The notes: generated by a model not told the origin, from the sequence alone. A stretch of 64,000 bases of DNA from Macrostomum hystrix (GCA_950097015.1 CATNEN010000025.1:4836001-4900000); one strand, 5' to 3'. Positions 1 to 36,149 are shown, numbered from the stretch's first letter. Made by a program: numbers and translations.

Positions 1-3000
1 GGATTCGATTGACAGGTCACTCTGACAAGGATTCGATTGACAGGTCACTCTGACAAGGATTCGATTGACAGGTCACTCTGACTAGGATACGATTGACAGG
101 TCACTCTGAGTGGGATACGATTGACAGGTCACTCTGACAAGGATTCGATTGACAGGTCACTCTGACAAGGATTCGATTGACAGGTCACTCTGACAAGGAT
201 ACGATTGACAGGTCACTCTGACAAGGATTCGATTGGCAGGTCACTCTGACAAGGATACGATTGACAGGTCACTCTGACAAGGATACGATTGACAGGTCAC
301 CCTGACAAGGATACGATTGACAGGTCACTCTGACAAGGATTCGATTGACAGGTCACTCTGACAAGGATTCGATTGGCAGGTCACTCTGACAAGGATACGA
401 TTGACAGGTCACTCTGACAAGGATACGATTGACAGGTCACCCTGACAAGGATACGATTGACAGGTCACTCTGACAAGGATTCGATTGGCAGGTCACTCTG
501 ACAAGGATTCGATTGACAGGTCACTCTGACAAGGATACGATTGACAGGTCACCCTGACAAGGATACGATTGACAGGTCACTCTGACAAGGATTCGATTGG
601 CAGGTCACTCTGACAAGGATTCGATTGACAGGTCACTCTGACAAGGATACGATTGACAGGTCACTCTGACAAGGATTCGATTGACAGGTCACTCTGACAA
701 GGATTCGATTGGCAGGTCACTCTGACAAGGATACGATTGACAGGTCACTCTGACAAGGATACGATTGACAGGTCACCCTGACAAGGATACGATTGACAGG
801 TCACTCTGACAAGGATTCGATTGGCAGGTCACTCTGACAAGGATTCGATTGACAGGTCACTCTGACAAGGATACGATTGACAGGTCACCCTGACAAGGAT
901 ACGATTGACAGGTCACTCTGACAAGGATTCGATTGGCAGGTCACTCTGACAAGGATTCGATTGACAGGTCACTCTGACAAGGATACGATTGACAGGTCAC
1001 TCTGACAAGGATTCGATTGACAGGTCACTCTGACAAGGATTCGATTGACAGGTCACTCTGACATGGATACGATTGACATGTCACTCTGACTAGGATACGA
1101 TTGACAGGTCACTCTGACTAGGATTCGATTGACAGGTCACTCTGACAAGGATACGATTGACAGGTCACTCTGACAAGGATTCGATTGACAGGTCACTCTG
1201 ACAAGGATTCGATTGACAGGTCACTCTGACAAGGATTCGATTGACAGGTCACTCTGACAAGGATACGATTGACAGGTCACTCTGAGTGGGATACGATTGA
1301 CAGGTCACTCTGACAAGGATTCGATTGACAGGTCACTCTGACAAGGATTCGATTGACAGGTCACTCTGACAAGGATACGATTGACAGGTCACTCTCACAA
1401 GGATTCGATTGGCAGGTCACTCTGACAAGGATACGATTGACAGGTCACTCTGACAAGGATACGATTGACAGGTCACCCTGACAAGGATACGATTGACAGG
1501 TCACTCTGACAAGGATTCGATTGACAGGTCACTCTGACAAGGATTCGATTGGCATGTCACTCTGACAAGGATACGATTGACATGTCACTCTGACTAGGAT
1601 TCGATTGACAGGTCACTCTGACAAGGATACGATTGACAGGTCACTCTGAGTGGGATACGATTGACAGGTCACTCTGACTAGGATTCGATTGACAGGTCAC
1701 TCTGACAAGGATACGATTGACAGGTCACTCTGAGTGGGATACGATTGACAGGTCACTCTGACTGGGATACGATTGACATGTCACTCTGACTGGGATACGA
1801 TTGACAGGTCACTCTGACTAGGATACGATTGACAGGTCACTCTGAGTGGGATACGATTGACAGGTCACTCTGACTAGGATTCGATTGACAGGTCACTCTG
1901 ACTGGGATACGATTGACATGTCACTCTGACTGGGATACGATTGACAGGTCACTCTGACTAGGATACGATTGACAGGCCACTCTGACAAGGATTCGATTGA
2001 CAGGTCACTCTGACAAGGATTCGATTGACAGGTCACTCTGACAAGGATTCGATTGACAGGTCACTCTGAGTGGGATACGATTGACAGGTCACTCTGACAA
2101 GGATTCGATTGACAGGTCACTCTGACTAGGATTCGATTGACAGGTCACTCTGATTAGGATTCGATTGACAGGTCACTCGGACAAGGATACGATTGACAGG
2201 TCACTCTGACAAGGATACGATTGACAGGTCACTCTGACAAGGATACGATTGACAGGTCACTCTGACAAGGATTCGATTGACAGGTCACTCTGACAAGGAT
2301 TCGATTGACAGGTCACTCTGACAAGGATTCGATTGACAGGTCACTCTGACAAGGATTCGATTGACAGGTCACTCTGACAAGGATTCGATTGACAGGTCAC
2401 TCTGACAAGGATTCGATTGACAGGTCACTCTGACAAGGATACGATTGACAGGTCACTCTGACAAGGATTCGATTGACAGGTCACTCTGACTGGTATACGA
2501 TTGACATGTCACTCTGACTGGGATACGATTGACATGCCACTCTGACAAGGATTCGATTGACAGGTCACTCTGAGTGGGATACGATTGACAGGTCACTCTG
2601 ACAAGGATTCGATTGACAGGTCACTCTGACAAGGATTCGATTGACAGGTCACTCTGACTAGGATTCGATTGACAGGTCACTCTGAGTGGGATACGATTGA
2701 CAGGTCACTCTGACAAGGATTCGATTGACAGGTCACTCTGACAAGGATTCGATTGACAGGTCACTCTGACAAGGATTCGATTGACAGGTCACTCTGACTA
2801 GGATTCGATTGACAGGTCACTCTGAGTGGGATACGATTGACAGGTCACTCTGACAAGGATTCGATTGACAGGTCACTCTGACAAGGATTCGATTGACAGG
2901 TCACTCTGACAAGGATACGATTGACAGGTCACTCTGACAAGGATTCGATTGGCAGGTCACTCTGACAAGGATACGATTGACAGGTCACTCTGACAAGGAT

Positions 3001-3955
3001 ACGATTGACAGGTCACCCTGACAAGGATACGATTGACAGGTCACTCTGACAAGGATTCGATTGACAGGTCACTCTGACAAGGATTCGATTGACAGGTCAC
3101 TCTGACTAGGATACGATTGACAGGTCACTCTGAGTGGGATACGATTGACAGGTCACTCTGACAAGGATTCGATTGACAGGTCACTCTGACAAGGATTCGA
3201 TTGACAGGTCACTCTGACAAGGATTCGATTGACAGGTCACTCTGACTAGGATACGATTGACAGGTCACTCTGAGTGGGATACGATTGACAGGTCACTCTG
3301 AGTGGGATACGATTGACAGGTCACTCTGACAAGGATTCGATTGACAGGTCACTCTGACAAGGATACGATTGACAGGTCACCCTGACAAGGATACGATTGA
3401 CAGGTCACTCTGACAAGGATTCGATTGGCAGGTCACTCTGACAAGGATTCGATTGACAGGTCACTCTGACAAGGATACGATTGACAGGTCACTCTGACAA
3501 GGATTCGATTGACAGGTCACTCTGACAAGGATTCGATTGACAGGTCACTCTGAGTGGGATACGATTGACAGGTCACTCTGACAAGGATTCGATTGACAGG
3601 TCACTCTGACAAGGATTCGATTGACAGGTCACTCTGACATGGATACGATTGACATGTCACTCTGACTAGGATACGATTGACAGGTCACTCTGACTAGGAT
3701 TCGATTGACAGGTCACTCTGACAAGGATACGATTGACATGTCACTCTGATTAGGATTCGATTGACAGGTCACTCGGACAAGGATACGATTGACAGGTCAC
3801 TCTGACAAGGATACGATTGACAGGTCACTCGGACAAGGATACGATTGACAGGTCACTCTGACTAGGATACGATTGACAGGTCACCCTGACAAGGATACGA
3901 TTGACAGGTCACTCTGACAAGGATTCGATTGACAGGTCACTCTGAGAGGGATTGA
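1..3955. repeat. 28-bp tandem minisatellite (GGATTCGATTGACAGGTCACTCTGACAA), about 140 copies, intronic
   Basis: The 28-nt period is read directly (unit restarts at position 29). Recurrent variants (GATAC, TGGCA, CACCC, GAGTGG) are present. The array runs off the window start. Confidence 0.97.
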
Positions 3956-4059
3956 CAGGTTACGACAAGTCTTGACACGGATATAGTCGACATTTCAGCC
4001 CTGACAGGGTCTGATACCTCACTCTAATAAGGAGAGCTACTATGGGCGCGCAAGTTTAC

Positions 4060-25535
<21,476 letters not shown>

Positions 25536-25737
25536 TCGCTGCGACAATGAATTAGAAGTCACGGAATGAAGCGGGCTCGATGAAGTCTTGAAAAAATTGC
25601 TGTAGGTTTCATTACTTTTTTAGAACACTTGCCAAATTCAAATATGAAGAGAATATGCTAATTTTAACCTCCATTTGTATAACCAATAAACTATACGCAC
25701 CAATGTATTATGTAGCGAAATCATATGATTATTGTTC

Positions 25738-26117
25738 ACTCCAGAATCTCTTGAGCTCACTCCAGAATCTCTTGAGCACACTCAAGAATCTCTTGAGCAC
25801 ACTCAAGAATCTCTTGAGCTCACTCCAGAATCTCTTGAGCACACTCCAGAATCTCTTGAGCTCACTCCGGAATCTCTTGAGCTCACTCCAGAATCTCTTG
25901 AGCACACTCCAGAATCTCTTGAGCACACTCCAGAATCTCTTGAGCTCACTCCAGAATCTCTTGAGCACACTCCAGAATCTCTTGAGCACACTCCAGAATC
26001 TCTTGAGCACACTCCAGAATCTCTTGAGCACACTCCAGAATCATTTGAGCTCACTCCAGAATCTCTTGAGCTCACTCCAGAATCATTTGAGCTCACTCCT
26101 GAGCTCACTCCAGAATC
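25738..26117. repeat. 21-bp minisatellite (CTCCAGAATCTCTTGAGCACA); relic at about 27110-27165
   Basis: Direct tandem repeats. Confidence 0.93.
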
Positions 26118-29071
26118 TTTCAGTTCGTTTTTTGTCTTAGACTGAATCCTAGAGCTAACGCCTGAATCTTTATGTTCAGATAATTTTTTCTCATCTCTTT
26201 TATCTTTAGAAGGTGAAAAATTACGTATGAAACAGAGCTTACCAAAAGCTTTCGGCACTCCATCAAAGTTTGTAGCCTCCTTGGAATTTGTTCTCCAATC
26301 GTACTAGCTTGACTATATTAATGCAATTAGCATTGGTAATGCGCCTGCAAGATAATAATATGTCTCTCTTGTTAATGATTTAGGAGATTAACAAAAAAAG
26401 AAGCCAGTTCAAAAGGGTGTATCTACGCAAGAAAGAGAGAAAATGCGCTGAAAATAAAGAAAGAGAAAGAGAGAGAGAGAGAGAGAAAGGCGAGGCACCA
26501 AATTTTACGAGCCGCCTAGCTATGAAAAGCTGAGCGGTTAATTCAAACAATGAAATTTGCCTTCACTGTAAAGAGCTATCGTAGACATTAATTCATCTCG
26601 CAGATGCCGAGATTTTAAGCCGCTGCTATGAATAATGCAGATAACTTTGGCGGGACAATTGAAAAATACGCTGCCCTCGGAGGTTACTAAAGAATATTCT
26701 ATATGCTAACCATTATTGGCAGCTAGACATTAATGGAGCACTTCCATTTGACAGCAGAAATAGCTGCAGATCATATTAATAAGATCGTGCTCTAAGGCAG
26801 ACAATACTTACGAACGAATTTACAGGTGCGCAGGACCTGTGTGTTGACTCTAATTGCAACCATACAATCTGATATACGTTTTTAGCTATGTACAGTCATT
26901 AACTTAACGGTATTAAAATACTAAAAAATTACTTACCGCTATCAAGCCTGCACGTCAATCGCTAAAAAATGGCCAAGAAACAATGAAGCAATTGCACACT
27001 TCGTTCATTATGGAACGGCTTACACTTGAAGTAAAAGCCTATATAAAAAGTTACTTATCGACTGCAACAAAAAATTTAATCAGTTTACTAAAGCCACTTC
27101 GAAATATATCTCCGAGCACACTCCAGAATCATTTGAGCTTACTCCAGAATCTCTTGAGCTCTGACTTTATAATCTCCGAGATATGTGTCGCTTATGTATT
27201 AACCTGACCAAAAGAATGATGGTAGATCCTCGGGTTATTATAAAATAGTTTAGCTGCACAACAAATTTGTCGTAGCTCAATTCTTATCCAGTCCTCTATA
27301 TATTCTCAGAAAAAGCCTTGTCGGCAGAAGAAAAGTTGAAAAGTTGCGCACGAAAATTATTAATAGGCGAATTTGCCAACAAAAAAAAATAATACTACAC
27401 ACACTTTTCTAAAAAGCGAAACGACTTTATAAAGTGTAAGTTAGATTTGGAAAATTCTTACCTATAAATAATTTTGTTGTTGTGGTTTCCAACATATATA
27501 AATATTCGGATTTAACTGGTTCTATTCCTAGAACGATCCACGAAAGCTCAACGTTGCTTTTCAGTAGAAGTGGTAGTAAGCGTTAAATTAAAAGTAAAGA
27601 ATTAATTATAAGTTTGACTTTTTATGTTATTAATATTTAATATTAGTATTCAATAGTTATATGGCCAAATCATAGCCCAAATTCTCCTTATGGTGATGCG
27701 CGTTTGTAATTTTTTGCAAATTGCGCCTATAAATTGAAAATGAGTGATTTATTGATTAGAGCCTAATTAAAAAGAGAGATACATTGAATTCAAATAAAAT
27801 TCTCCTGTGCTGAAACATGTTATGCACAAACAAGCAAGTACAACTTGGTGTTTTTATATGCTAAATTCTACAGAACTAGCCATTGAGATAAATTATGTGA
27901 ACACAATCATCCACACAAAAATGTATATCCTTTTTTAAAAAGTAACTGTATATGTCTATTACAAAAAGCAATATAACAATGTTAATAACTGTTTAGTATG
28001 TATTTAGTCATTCCTTGGCTTTTAATTCTTACTAAAAAAACTTTTTTAAAAAGGTCATGACTAGATTTGACAAAAAATGGTAATAAAACAAAAGATAATA
28101 AGCATTCATTAGTTATTTGTATGCTGCTTTTTGAACCCACAGTCTCACTTTGTCTTCTTGATGATGATACTGAAGCTCCATAGTATTTTATTTTGTGGTT
28201 AATTAACTGGCCTTCTCTTCTTGTGCAAAAAATGTAACTTGAAAATTAATAAAAATCTTTTTTTGTATCATTTTTTGTACACTCATTCATGCAAGAAGAA
28301 TTGGCAGCATTATTTTCAATGACAATTATTCTTTAAAATACTAGTTTTGACAATCACTATTGAAATTTGTTTGCAATGCTTTAAAAGTTACATTTTAAGA
28401 TCAAACAATCAGATGATCAAACATAAAAGCTTTATAAAAATGTACATAATTCAAAACAGTTGCATAAACATACTCTTGTATATTTTTAAAGCAATCATTT
28501 CAATGCCACTTTTAAAGAGAAATGATTGTGGACCAAAAATATAAACAACAACAAGTTGAAAATTTAATTTCTTGAACTTTCAGAAAACTATGCTTGGGCC
28601 ATGGCTTGCCCAAAGCTTAAAATATTGATTGACCTTTATAATGCTTAATATTAAGCACTGCACTTTCAGTTTACAATCATTTGAATTTAACCATACAATT
28701 AAAGATGATAGTAACTTCCAAAACTGAGGGGGTGCCACTCCACTTTCTTTGATGGGGGATGCCACTCCGCATTCTGTATGCTAACTAACTTTAGTTAAGC
28801 AAACTAAAGACATGAAATGCTGTAGGCAAGGTATGAGTTTAATGTATGATTTCAGCATTGTATTTGAAAATCTTTCTGTCAAAACTTAGTTTCTCTCTGT
28901 AGGCAACTATTTACTATATAAAATTTTATTGAGAAGTTAAAATCCTATATACTTTAAAATAAAATATGTTACATTTCTAGATTTGAATTTCATATTGCAT
29001 AATATGAAGGTGTATAATGAAAGTGTCAATGAAAACTTGCTCAGCTATATTATTTCAGCATTAACAGTTTC

Positions 29072-32000
29072 ATGAAACTAAATCTGACCATAATGATGCC
29101 TAGAACATCATCTTGGCAATGCAGCTGTTATCAGCTGTTTCTGTGTATTTCAATCCTTGCGCCAGCCAATGCACTACACATTCGTGGTACCTGGGATAGC
29201 AGCCGGTTCTATCTGTTCTTGGCCAAGTTTGGCGTGCAGAAAACAGTGCTGGAGAGTATGGCTGCCACGCGTGGCTACGTCTATGGCAACGTCACACTGG
29301 TTGGCAACTCGCCCAGGTCTGGTCAGCAGGCGCCAGTGACTCTGGTTGTAGTGGATAGCGAGTACTTCCAGGTATCGATTTTTAGTGCTGAAGTGATTGT
29401 AATTTGAGACAGGCTAGAGAAAATTAAGTTAAGTATGGGCCTTGAAGAAATGGGATCAAATTTAAAGCACTCATAGCAAAATTCAGAAACCTAGGAAATA
29501 ATTGAGAAATAAAATATACATTTCTTTCTTTACTGCAGAGATCAAGTACCTATATGTATCGAAAAATGTAAAATCGAAAGTTAATATCATATATTTAAGC
29601 TCGCCACCTCGCTTCACTCTCCTCTCAGGATCTGTACACAAATTCGTCTAGACATCCGCACAGTGACGCCGCCTGTCAGAGAATGTTCAACAAAATCAAT
29701 CAGCTAGCCTGGCATCGGCAGTGCTGGCAAACGGGCAAGGAGGATTTTCTGCGGTCTGTGCCCTGCCCGTCTGGCCGGCTGTGCCCTGAGGAGGACGACC
29801 CCACTCACGTGATTCCCGGCTGGCAGTTGACCTACGCTATTCAAGACACCAAGCAGCCCAGATATTGGTGCGAAAATTTAGTCCATTTGATTTTAATATT
29901 GATTCTGTGACCCAAATGTGTCTAGAAACGCATTTAAGGCATTTAAAAATATTAACCGTTATGTATCGAAAAGCGCAATTTTTTTCCTTCCGCAATTGGT
30001 TTAGACAATATCACGGTATAGTTTTAACTTAGATATTTTTTCTAATAATTTTCCCACCACCTGCAGGTATGTCAGCCTGGTAGCCTGCAACCGAAATCCA
30101 AAAGATTGCAAATGGGAGGCCACACACACCGGCGCCTCCTCCCTAACCCTGGCCTACGATCTCTGGCTGGTGAATGGCGCGCCAAGCCAGCGTCACGTAA
30201 ACAAACTTGAGCACCAGTTCTCATTTGACGAGCACGACATCCTGGAGATCTATGGCGTGTTTCTCATGCTCTACGCGGCCCTAGCTTGCGCCCTTCACGC
30301 CAAACTGCTGCGGCGCTCAGAGCCGCTGACCTGGGGCGTGGCTGCGCAGTGCTGGCTCGAGGTTTGTGGGGCCATTTTGTTAATAAATTTTAGTTGCAGG
30401 AGGGCTGCGGGCATTGGCACGTCATTTGGTGACACTAGACTTGCAACCAGCGAAGAGGCAATTCTGCCCATTCCGCTGACTCCTGAGCACACACGCACAC
30501 AGATGCTGTACGCAGGCACACGCTCACTCAGGTGTGTACATCTGCCCTGACTTTTTCATCGTCAGGCAGTGTATACTTCAGGTTCGGAGTTGGCCCCTTA
30601 AGGGCGTAAATTGCACGACAAGCCCCCAAGCCTTCTCTCCGCGGCTGCGCCCCAAGTTAATATGGCCTCGCCGCGGAATCGAACTCGGGAACCTTGGTTC
30701 GAGAGGCAAACGTGTTAACCGCTCTGCCACTCACCCTCCCCCCTAGGGCCTGTTTGTTTTTGCTGTGCTCTGTCTTTTTCCCTTCATTAGATCGTCATTT
30801 AGATTTTCATAGAAAGATCCCAATCAGCCAAAACCTGATTATTCTACCACAAGATCCACATATTAGTAATTGAAAATCCCAATAATTTTCAAGAATTTTT
30901 TTATATTCCCAGATATCCAAATTCGTAATAATAAATTCCCATATATTTTATGATCGAAAATCTATTTATTTTCACAAATCCCTATATTTCATACCAAAGT
31001 CTCCGTCCTTCTTATTAAAGATCCTCATATTTCTTAACAAAGATCCTCATATTTATTCTCAAAGATCCCCATATTTCTTATCAAAGATCCCCATATTTAT
31101 TCTCAAAGATCCCCATATTTATTATCAAAGATCCCCATATTTCTTGTCGAAGATCCCCATATTTATTATCGAAGATCCCCATGCGTTTTCAGAGATCCTC
31201 CTCATATTTTTTTTGAAATCCCATTTTGTAAGCCAAAAAGCCACAATCGCAATCAAGATCCCCATATCCCCATACATCAGGTGGCCGGGGCTTTTCTCTG
31301 CTGCGTTCACCTGGCAAAATTTGCCGGCGACGGCGTCGGTGTCTCCGGCCTTTGGGCGGCTGGCGAACTGCTTCGCCGCTGGGCGGACGCCGTGTTCGTC
31401 CTGCAGCTGATTCTGGCTGCCCGCCTTGGCCTGCAGGGCCGCCCCGATCCGCTCGGCACCGGCATCTTGGTGACCTCCTTTCTCGCCGTTAGCGCCGGCT
31501 TCTATCTGTGGTCCCTGGCTGAGGTGAGATTCCCTGAGTCTCTTCATCTATTTTTGATGAAATTCTTATACCTTCATTAGAATCTCAGGGTGAGATTCTT
31601 ATACCTTCTCGTAAGTCTCGGGTGATATTCTTATACCATAATTAGAAACTCAGGGTAAGATTCTAATATCATCATTAGAATCTCAGGGTAAGATTCTTAT
31701 ACATTCACTAGAATCTCAGGGTGATATTCTTATACCATCACTAAAATCTCAGGGTGAGATTCTTATACCATCATTAGAATCTCAGGGTAAGATTCTTATA
31801 CATTCACTAGAACCTCAGGGTAAGATTCTTATACCTTCTCGAAAGTCTCGGGTGATATTCTTATACCTTCACTAGAACCTCGGGGTAAGATTCTTATGCC
31901 TTCACTAGAATCTCAGGGTGATATTCTAATACCTTCACTAGAATCTCATGGTGAGATTCTTATACCTTCATTAGAATCTCAGGGTGAGATTCTTATATCT

Positions 32001-32939
32001 TCTAGAATGTCTCGGGTGAGATTCTCATACTTAATGCACGGAAGTGAAATTCTCATACCTTCTCTTAGAGTCCTTGGGTGAGATTTTCAAACCCTCTAAA
32101 AAATCTCGGGTGAGATTCTTATACCTTCTCGTAGAATCCGTGGGTTGGATTCTCATATTATCTATAGAATTCGATGTGATATTGTAAACTTCAGGGGTGG
32201 GATTGTAAACTTCAGGGTTGATATTGTAAACTTCAGGGGTGGGATTGTAAACTTCAGGGGTGAGATTCTAAACGTCAGGGGTGAGATTTTAAACTTCAGG
32301 GGTGAGATTGTAAACTTCAGGGGTGAGATTGTAAACTTCAGGGTTGAGATTCTTATAGCTCCTCTGAGGTAATGGGTGAGACTCTAAACTTCAAGGGTGA
32401 GATTCTAAACTTCGGGAGTGAGATTCTCATACCTTAGTCTCTGGCTTCCACAATTAATGGCCTTCCACTCCACTAACCTCTTGCGAGTCCAGGTGAGCCA
32501 GGTGGAGGATGTTGGCGTATTCGACACTGTGCCATCCTGCCTACTGCTGGCTCTCCGCTTCCCCCTGGTCTGTTGGTTCCTGGCCGAGCTGCCCGGCCGT
32601 CCCGGTCGAGACTTTGGCCGAGTCGACGTCTTGCAATTTGCTGCTGGCTTCCTGCTGTGGCTGGTGACCCTGCCAATACTAGTGCTGATCTCCGAGACTC
32701 AGGTGTCCGCTCTCTGGCGTCAGAAATGCGTGCTCAGCGTTAACTACGGCACCAACTTTGTGGCTGCCTGCGTCTACGCCTACGCGCTGCACTCCAGCCA
32801 GCAGCACGACGGCGCCAAGTTCGACTACCTGATGTCCGGCGAGGAGTCGCCAGAGCACTGGCCGAGGCAGCAGCCGCCGCCGCAGCTGCCACGGCGCAAC
32901 TCGGCGTCCGTCAATATTGACGAAGACAAGCTTAACTGA
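29072..32939 (+). CDS. GPR180: GPR180/TMEM145-family (intimal thickness-related receptor-like) 7TM protein
   Basis: Exons 29072-29371, 29629-29867, 30067-30361, 31281-31523, 32493-32939; GT-AG with phases 0,2,0,0 consistent. Signal peptide, then LHIRGTW..FLAKFG..K..GYVYGN, DFLRSVPC, QPRYWYVSLVAC, YDLWLVNG, EHQFSFDEHD, HLAKFAGDGVG, SALWRQK. GPR180 versus TMEM145 orthology is not resolved. Confidence 0.88.
30381..30742 (-). mobile_element. tRNA-derived SINE family B in GPR180 intron 3
   Basis: Reverse complement of the 4555-4917 copy; the B box is canonical (GGTTCGATTCC). Confidence 0.88.
30995..31275. repeat. Degenerate about 22-bp minisatellite (AAAGATCCCCATATTT core)
   Basis: Direct tandem repeats. 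Confidence 0.8.
31548..32430. repeat. About 33-bp (GATTCTTATACCTTCACTAGAATCTCAGGGTGA) then 21-bp (GATTGTAAACTTCAGGGGTGA) minisatellites
   Basis: Direct degenerate repeats filling GPR180 intron 4. Confidence 0.85.
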
Positions 32940-33577
32940 TCAATCAATATCATATTATTATTCTTCTGTTAACAGTAGATAGACAAAGCTATTCTCCCCC
33001 TGAGGGAAGACCACAAAGCTATTTCAAATACGCACTGCCCTAATTCACGATAGATCCCATGGTGAAAGAGTCCACCATCTGAATCAAAATTTTCCGTCAT
33101 TTGCGAGCGTACAATGAACTAACTTTCAAAGCCGACGTCAGCATCGTCGAGATGGTTGATGGACTCTATGGTTGCATTACGAACTTTTCTAAGCTGAAAA
33201 GTTATGCTTCTATTGGTGGTTTTTGCCACCAGACACCCCGACGAGAATCGTTGATTATCTCGACGATGCCTGTGTTTTGTGATTTTGGAAGTTGTTTCAT
33301 CAAATAGATCCGAAAAGTTTGGCCCGTGTTCTGCATTTTCATTGCAATTGGTTGAATAGTTTGGGCGATACAGAAAATAAGTGTAAGTATTTTAAATACC
33401 CCATGGTCATTCTACTGTTATCGCTTTAGCTAGAAAATATTTCATTCTAATGTGCAGTGGAGTTTTACTGCTTTCATTGAAGACATATTTTAAGTGTTCA
33501 CTAGTCAACTGCTAAATTTTGTTTTGCTTATTTCCCCCAGGTTCGTTTTTTAGACAAACCTGGGTACAGAACGCCTC

Positions 33578-36048
33578 AGTACACAACCCTGAAGCTAGTA
33601 CACAACCCTGAAGCTAGTACACAACCCTGAAGCTAGTACACAACCCTGAAGCTAGTACACAACCCTGAAGCTAGTACACAACCCTGAAGCTAGTACACAA
33701 CCCTGAAGCTAGTACACAACCCTGAAGCTAGTACACAACCCTGAAGCTAGTACACAACCCTGAAGCTAGTACACAACCCTGAAGTTAGTACACAACCCTG
33801 AAGTTAGTACACAACCCTGAAGCTAGTACGCAACCCTGAAGCTAGTACACAACCCTTAAGCTAGTACGCAACCCTGAAGCTAGTACACAACCCTGAAGTT
33901 AGTACACAACCCTGAAGCTAGTACGCAACCCTGAAGCTAGTACACAACCCTGAAGCTAGTACGCAACCCTTAAGCTAGTACACAACCCTTAAGCTAGTAC
34001 ACAACCCTGAAGTTAGCACAAAACCCTGAAGCTAGTACGCAACCCTGAAGCTAGTACACAACCCTGAAGCTAGTACGCAACCCTGAAGCTAGTACGCAAC
34101 CCTGAAGCTAGTACACAACCCTGAAGCTAGTACGCAACCCTTAAGCTAGTACACAACCCTTAAGCTAGTACACAACCCTGAAGTTAGCACAAAACCGTGA
34201 GGTTAGTACACAACCCTGAAGCTAGTACACAACCCTGAAGTTAGCACAAAACCGTGAGGTTAATACACAACCCTGAGGTTAGTACACAGTTCCTGAGGTT
34301 AGTACACAACCCTGAGGTTAGTACACAGTTCCTGAGGTTAGTACACAACCATGAGGTTAATACACAACCCTGAGGTTAGTACACAACCCTGAGGTTAGTA
34401 CACAACCCTGCGGTTAGTACACAACCCTGAGGTTAGTACACAGTTCCTGAGGTTAGTACACAACCCTGAGGTTAATACACAACCCTGAGGTTAGTACACA
34501 ACCCTGAGGTTAGTACACAACCCTGAGGTTAGTACACAACCCTGAGGTTAGTACACAGTTCCTGAGGTTAGTACACAACCCTGAGGTTAGTACACAACCC
34601 TGAGGTTAGTACACAACCCTGAGGTTAGTACACAACCCTGAGGTTAGTACACAGTTCCTGAGGTTAGTACACAACCCTGAGGTTAGTACACAACCCTGAG
34701 GTTAGTACACAGTTCCTGAGGTTAGTACACAACCCTGAGATTAGTACACAACCCTGAGGTTAGTACACAACCCTGAGGTTAGTACACAGTTCCTGAGGTT
34801 AGTACACAACCCTGAGGTTAGTACACAACCCTGAGGTTAGTACACAACCCTGAGGTTAGTACACAACCCTGAGGTTAGTACACAGTTCCTGAGGTTAGTA
34901 CACAACCCTGAGGTTAGTACACAACCCTGAGGTTAGTACACAACCCTGAAGCTAGTACACAACCCTTAAGCTAGTACACAACTCTGAAGTTAGTACACAA
35001 CCCTGAAGCTAGTACACAACCCTTAAGCTAGTACACAACCCTGAAGCTAGTACACAACCCTGAAGCTAGTACGCAACCCTGAAGCTAGTACACAACCCTG
35101 AAGCTAGTACACAACCCTTAAGCTAGTACACAACCCTGAAGCTAGTACGCAACCCTGAAGCTAGTACACAACCCTTAAGCTAGTACGCAACCCTGAAGCT
35201 AGTACACAACCCTGAAGCTAGTACACAACCCTTAAGCTAGTACGCAACCCTGAAGCTAGTACACAACCCTGAAGCTAGTACGCAACCCTTAAGCTAGTAC
35301 ACAACCCTGAAGCTAGTACGCAACCCTGAAGCTAGTACGCAACCCTGAAGCTAGTACACAACCCTGAAGCTAATACGCAACCCTTAAGCTAGTACACAAC
35401 CCTTAAGCTAGTACACAACCCTGAAGTTAGCACAAAACCGTGAGGTTAATACACAACCCTGAGGTTAGTACACAGTTCCTGAGGTTAGTACACAACCCTG
35501 AGGTTAGTACACAGTTCCTGAGGTTAGTACACAACCCTGAGGTTAATACACAACCCTGAGGTTAGTACACAACCCTGAGGTTAGTACACAACCCTGCGGT
35601 TAGTACACAACCCTGAGGTTAGTACACAGTTCCTGAGGTTAGTACACAACCCTGAGGTTAATACACAACCCTGAGGTTAGTACACAACCCTGAGGTTAGT
35701 ACACAGTTCCTGAGGTTAGTACACAACCCTGAGGTTAGTACACAGTTCCTGAGGTTAGTACACAACCCTGAGGTTAATACACAACCCTGAGGTTAATACA
35801 CAACCCTGAGGTTAGTACACAACCCTGAGGTTAGTACACAACCCTGAGGTTAGTACACAACCCTGAGGTTAGTACACAACCCTGAGGTTAGTACACAACC
35901 CTGAGGTTAGTACACAGTTCCTGAGGTTAATACACAACCCTGAGGTTAGTACACAGTTCCTGAGGTTAGTACACAACCCTGAGGTTAGTACACAACCCTG
36001 AGGTTAGTACACAACCCTGAGGTTAGTACACAACCCTGAGGTTAGACC
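33578..36048 (+). repeat. 19/20-bp satellite, left arm (GAAGCTAGTACACAACCCT / GAGGTTAGTACACAACCCT)
   Basis: Direct tandem repeats with two alternating variant blocks. Confidence 0.97.
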
Positions 36049-36149
36049 AAAACCCTAAAGTTAGTATCTTTTAGTGCATGCAAAATTGAATTCACAAAAC
36101 TTTTTTGTCTAAAACTTGCTCCATCAGCTCAAACGAGAAAAGTTATGGT

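Noticed and set aside
1-3955. CRISPR-like periodic arrays (also 8773-9467, 33578-41037, 49447-50665)
   Set aside because: Units are directly adjacent with no unique spacers, there are no cas genes, and the context is eukaryotic.
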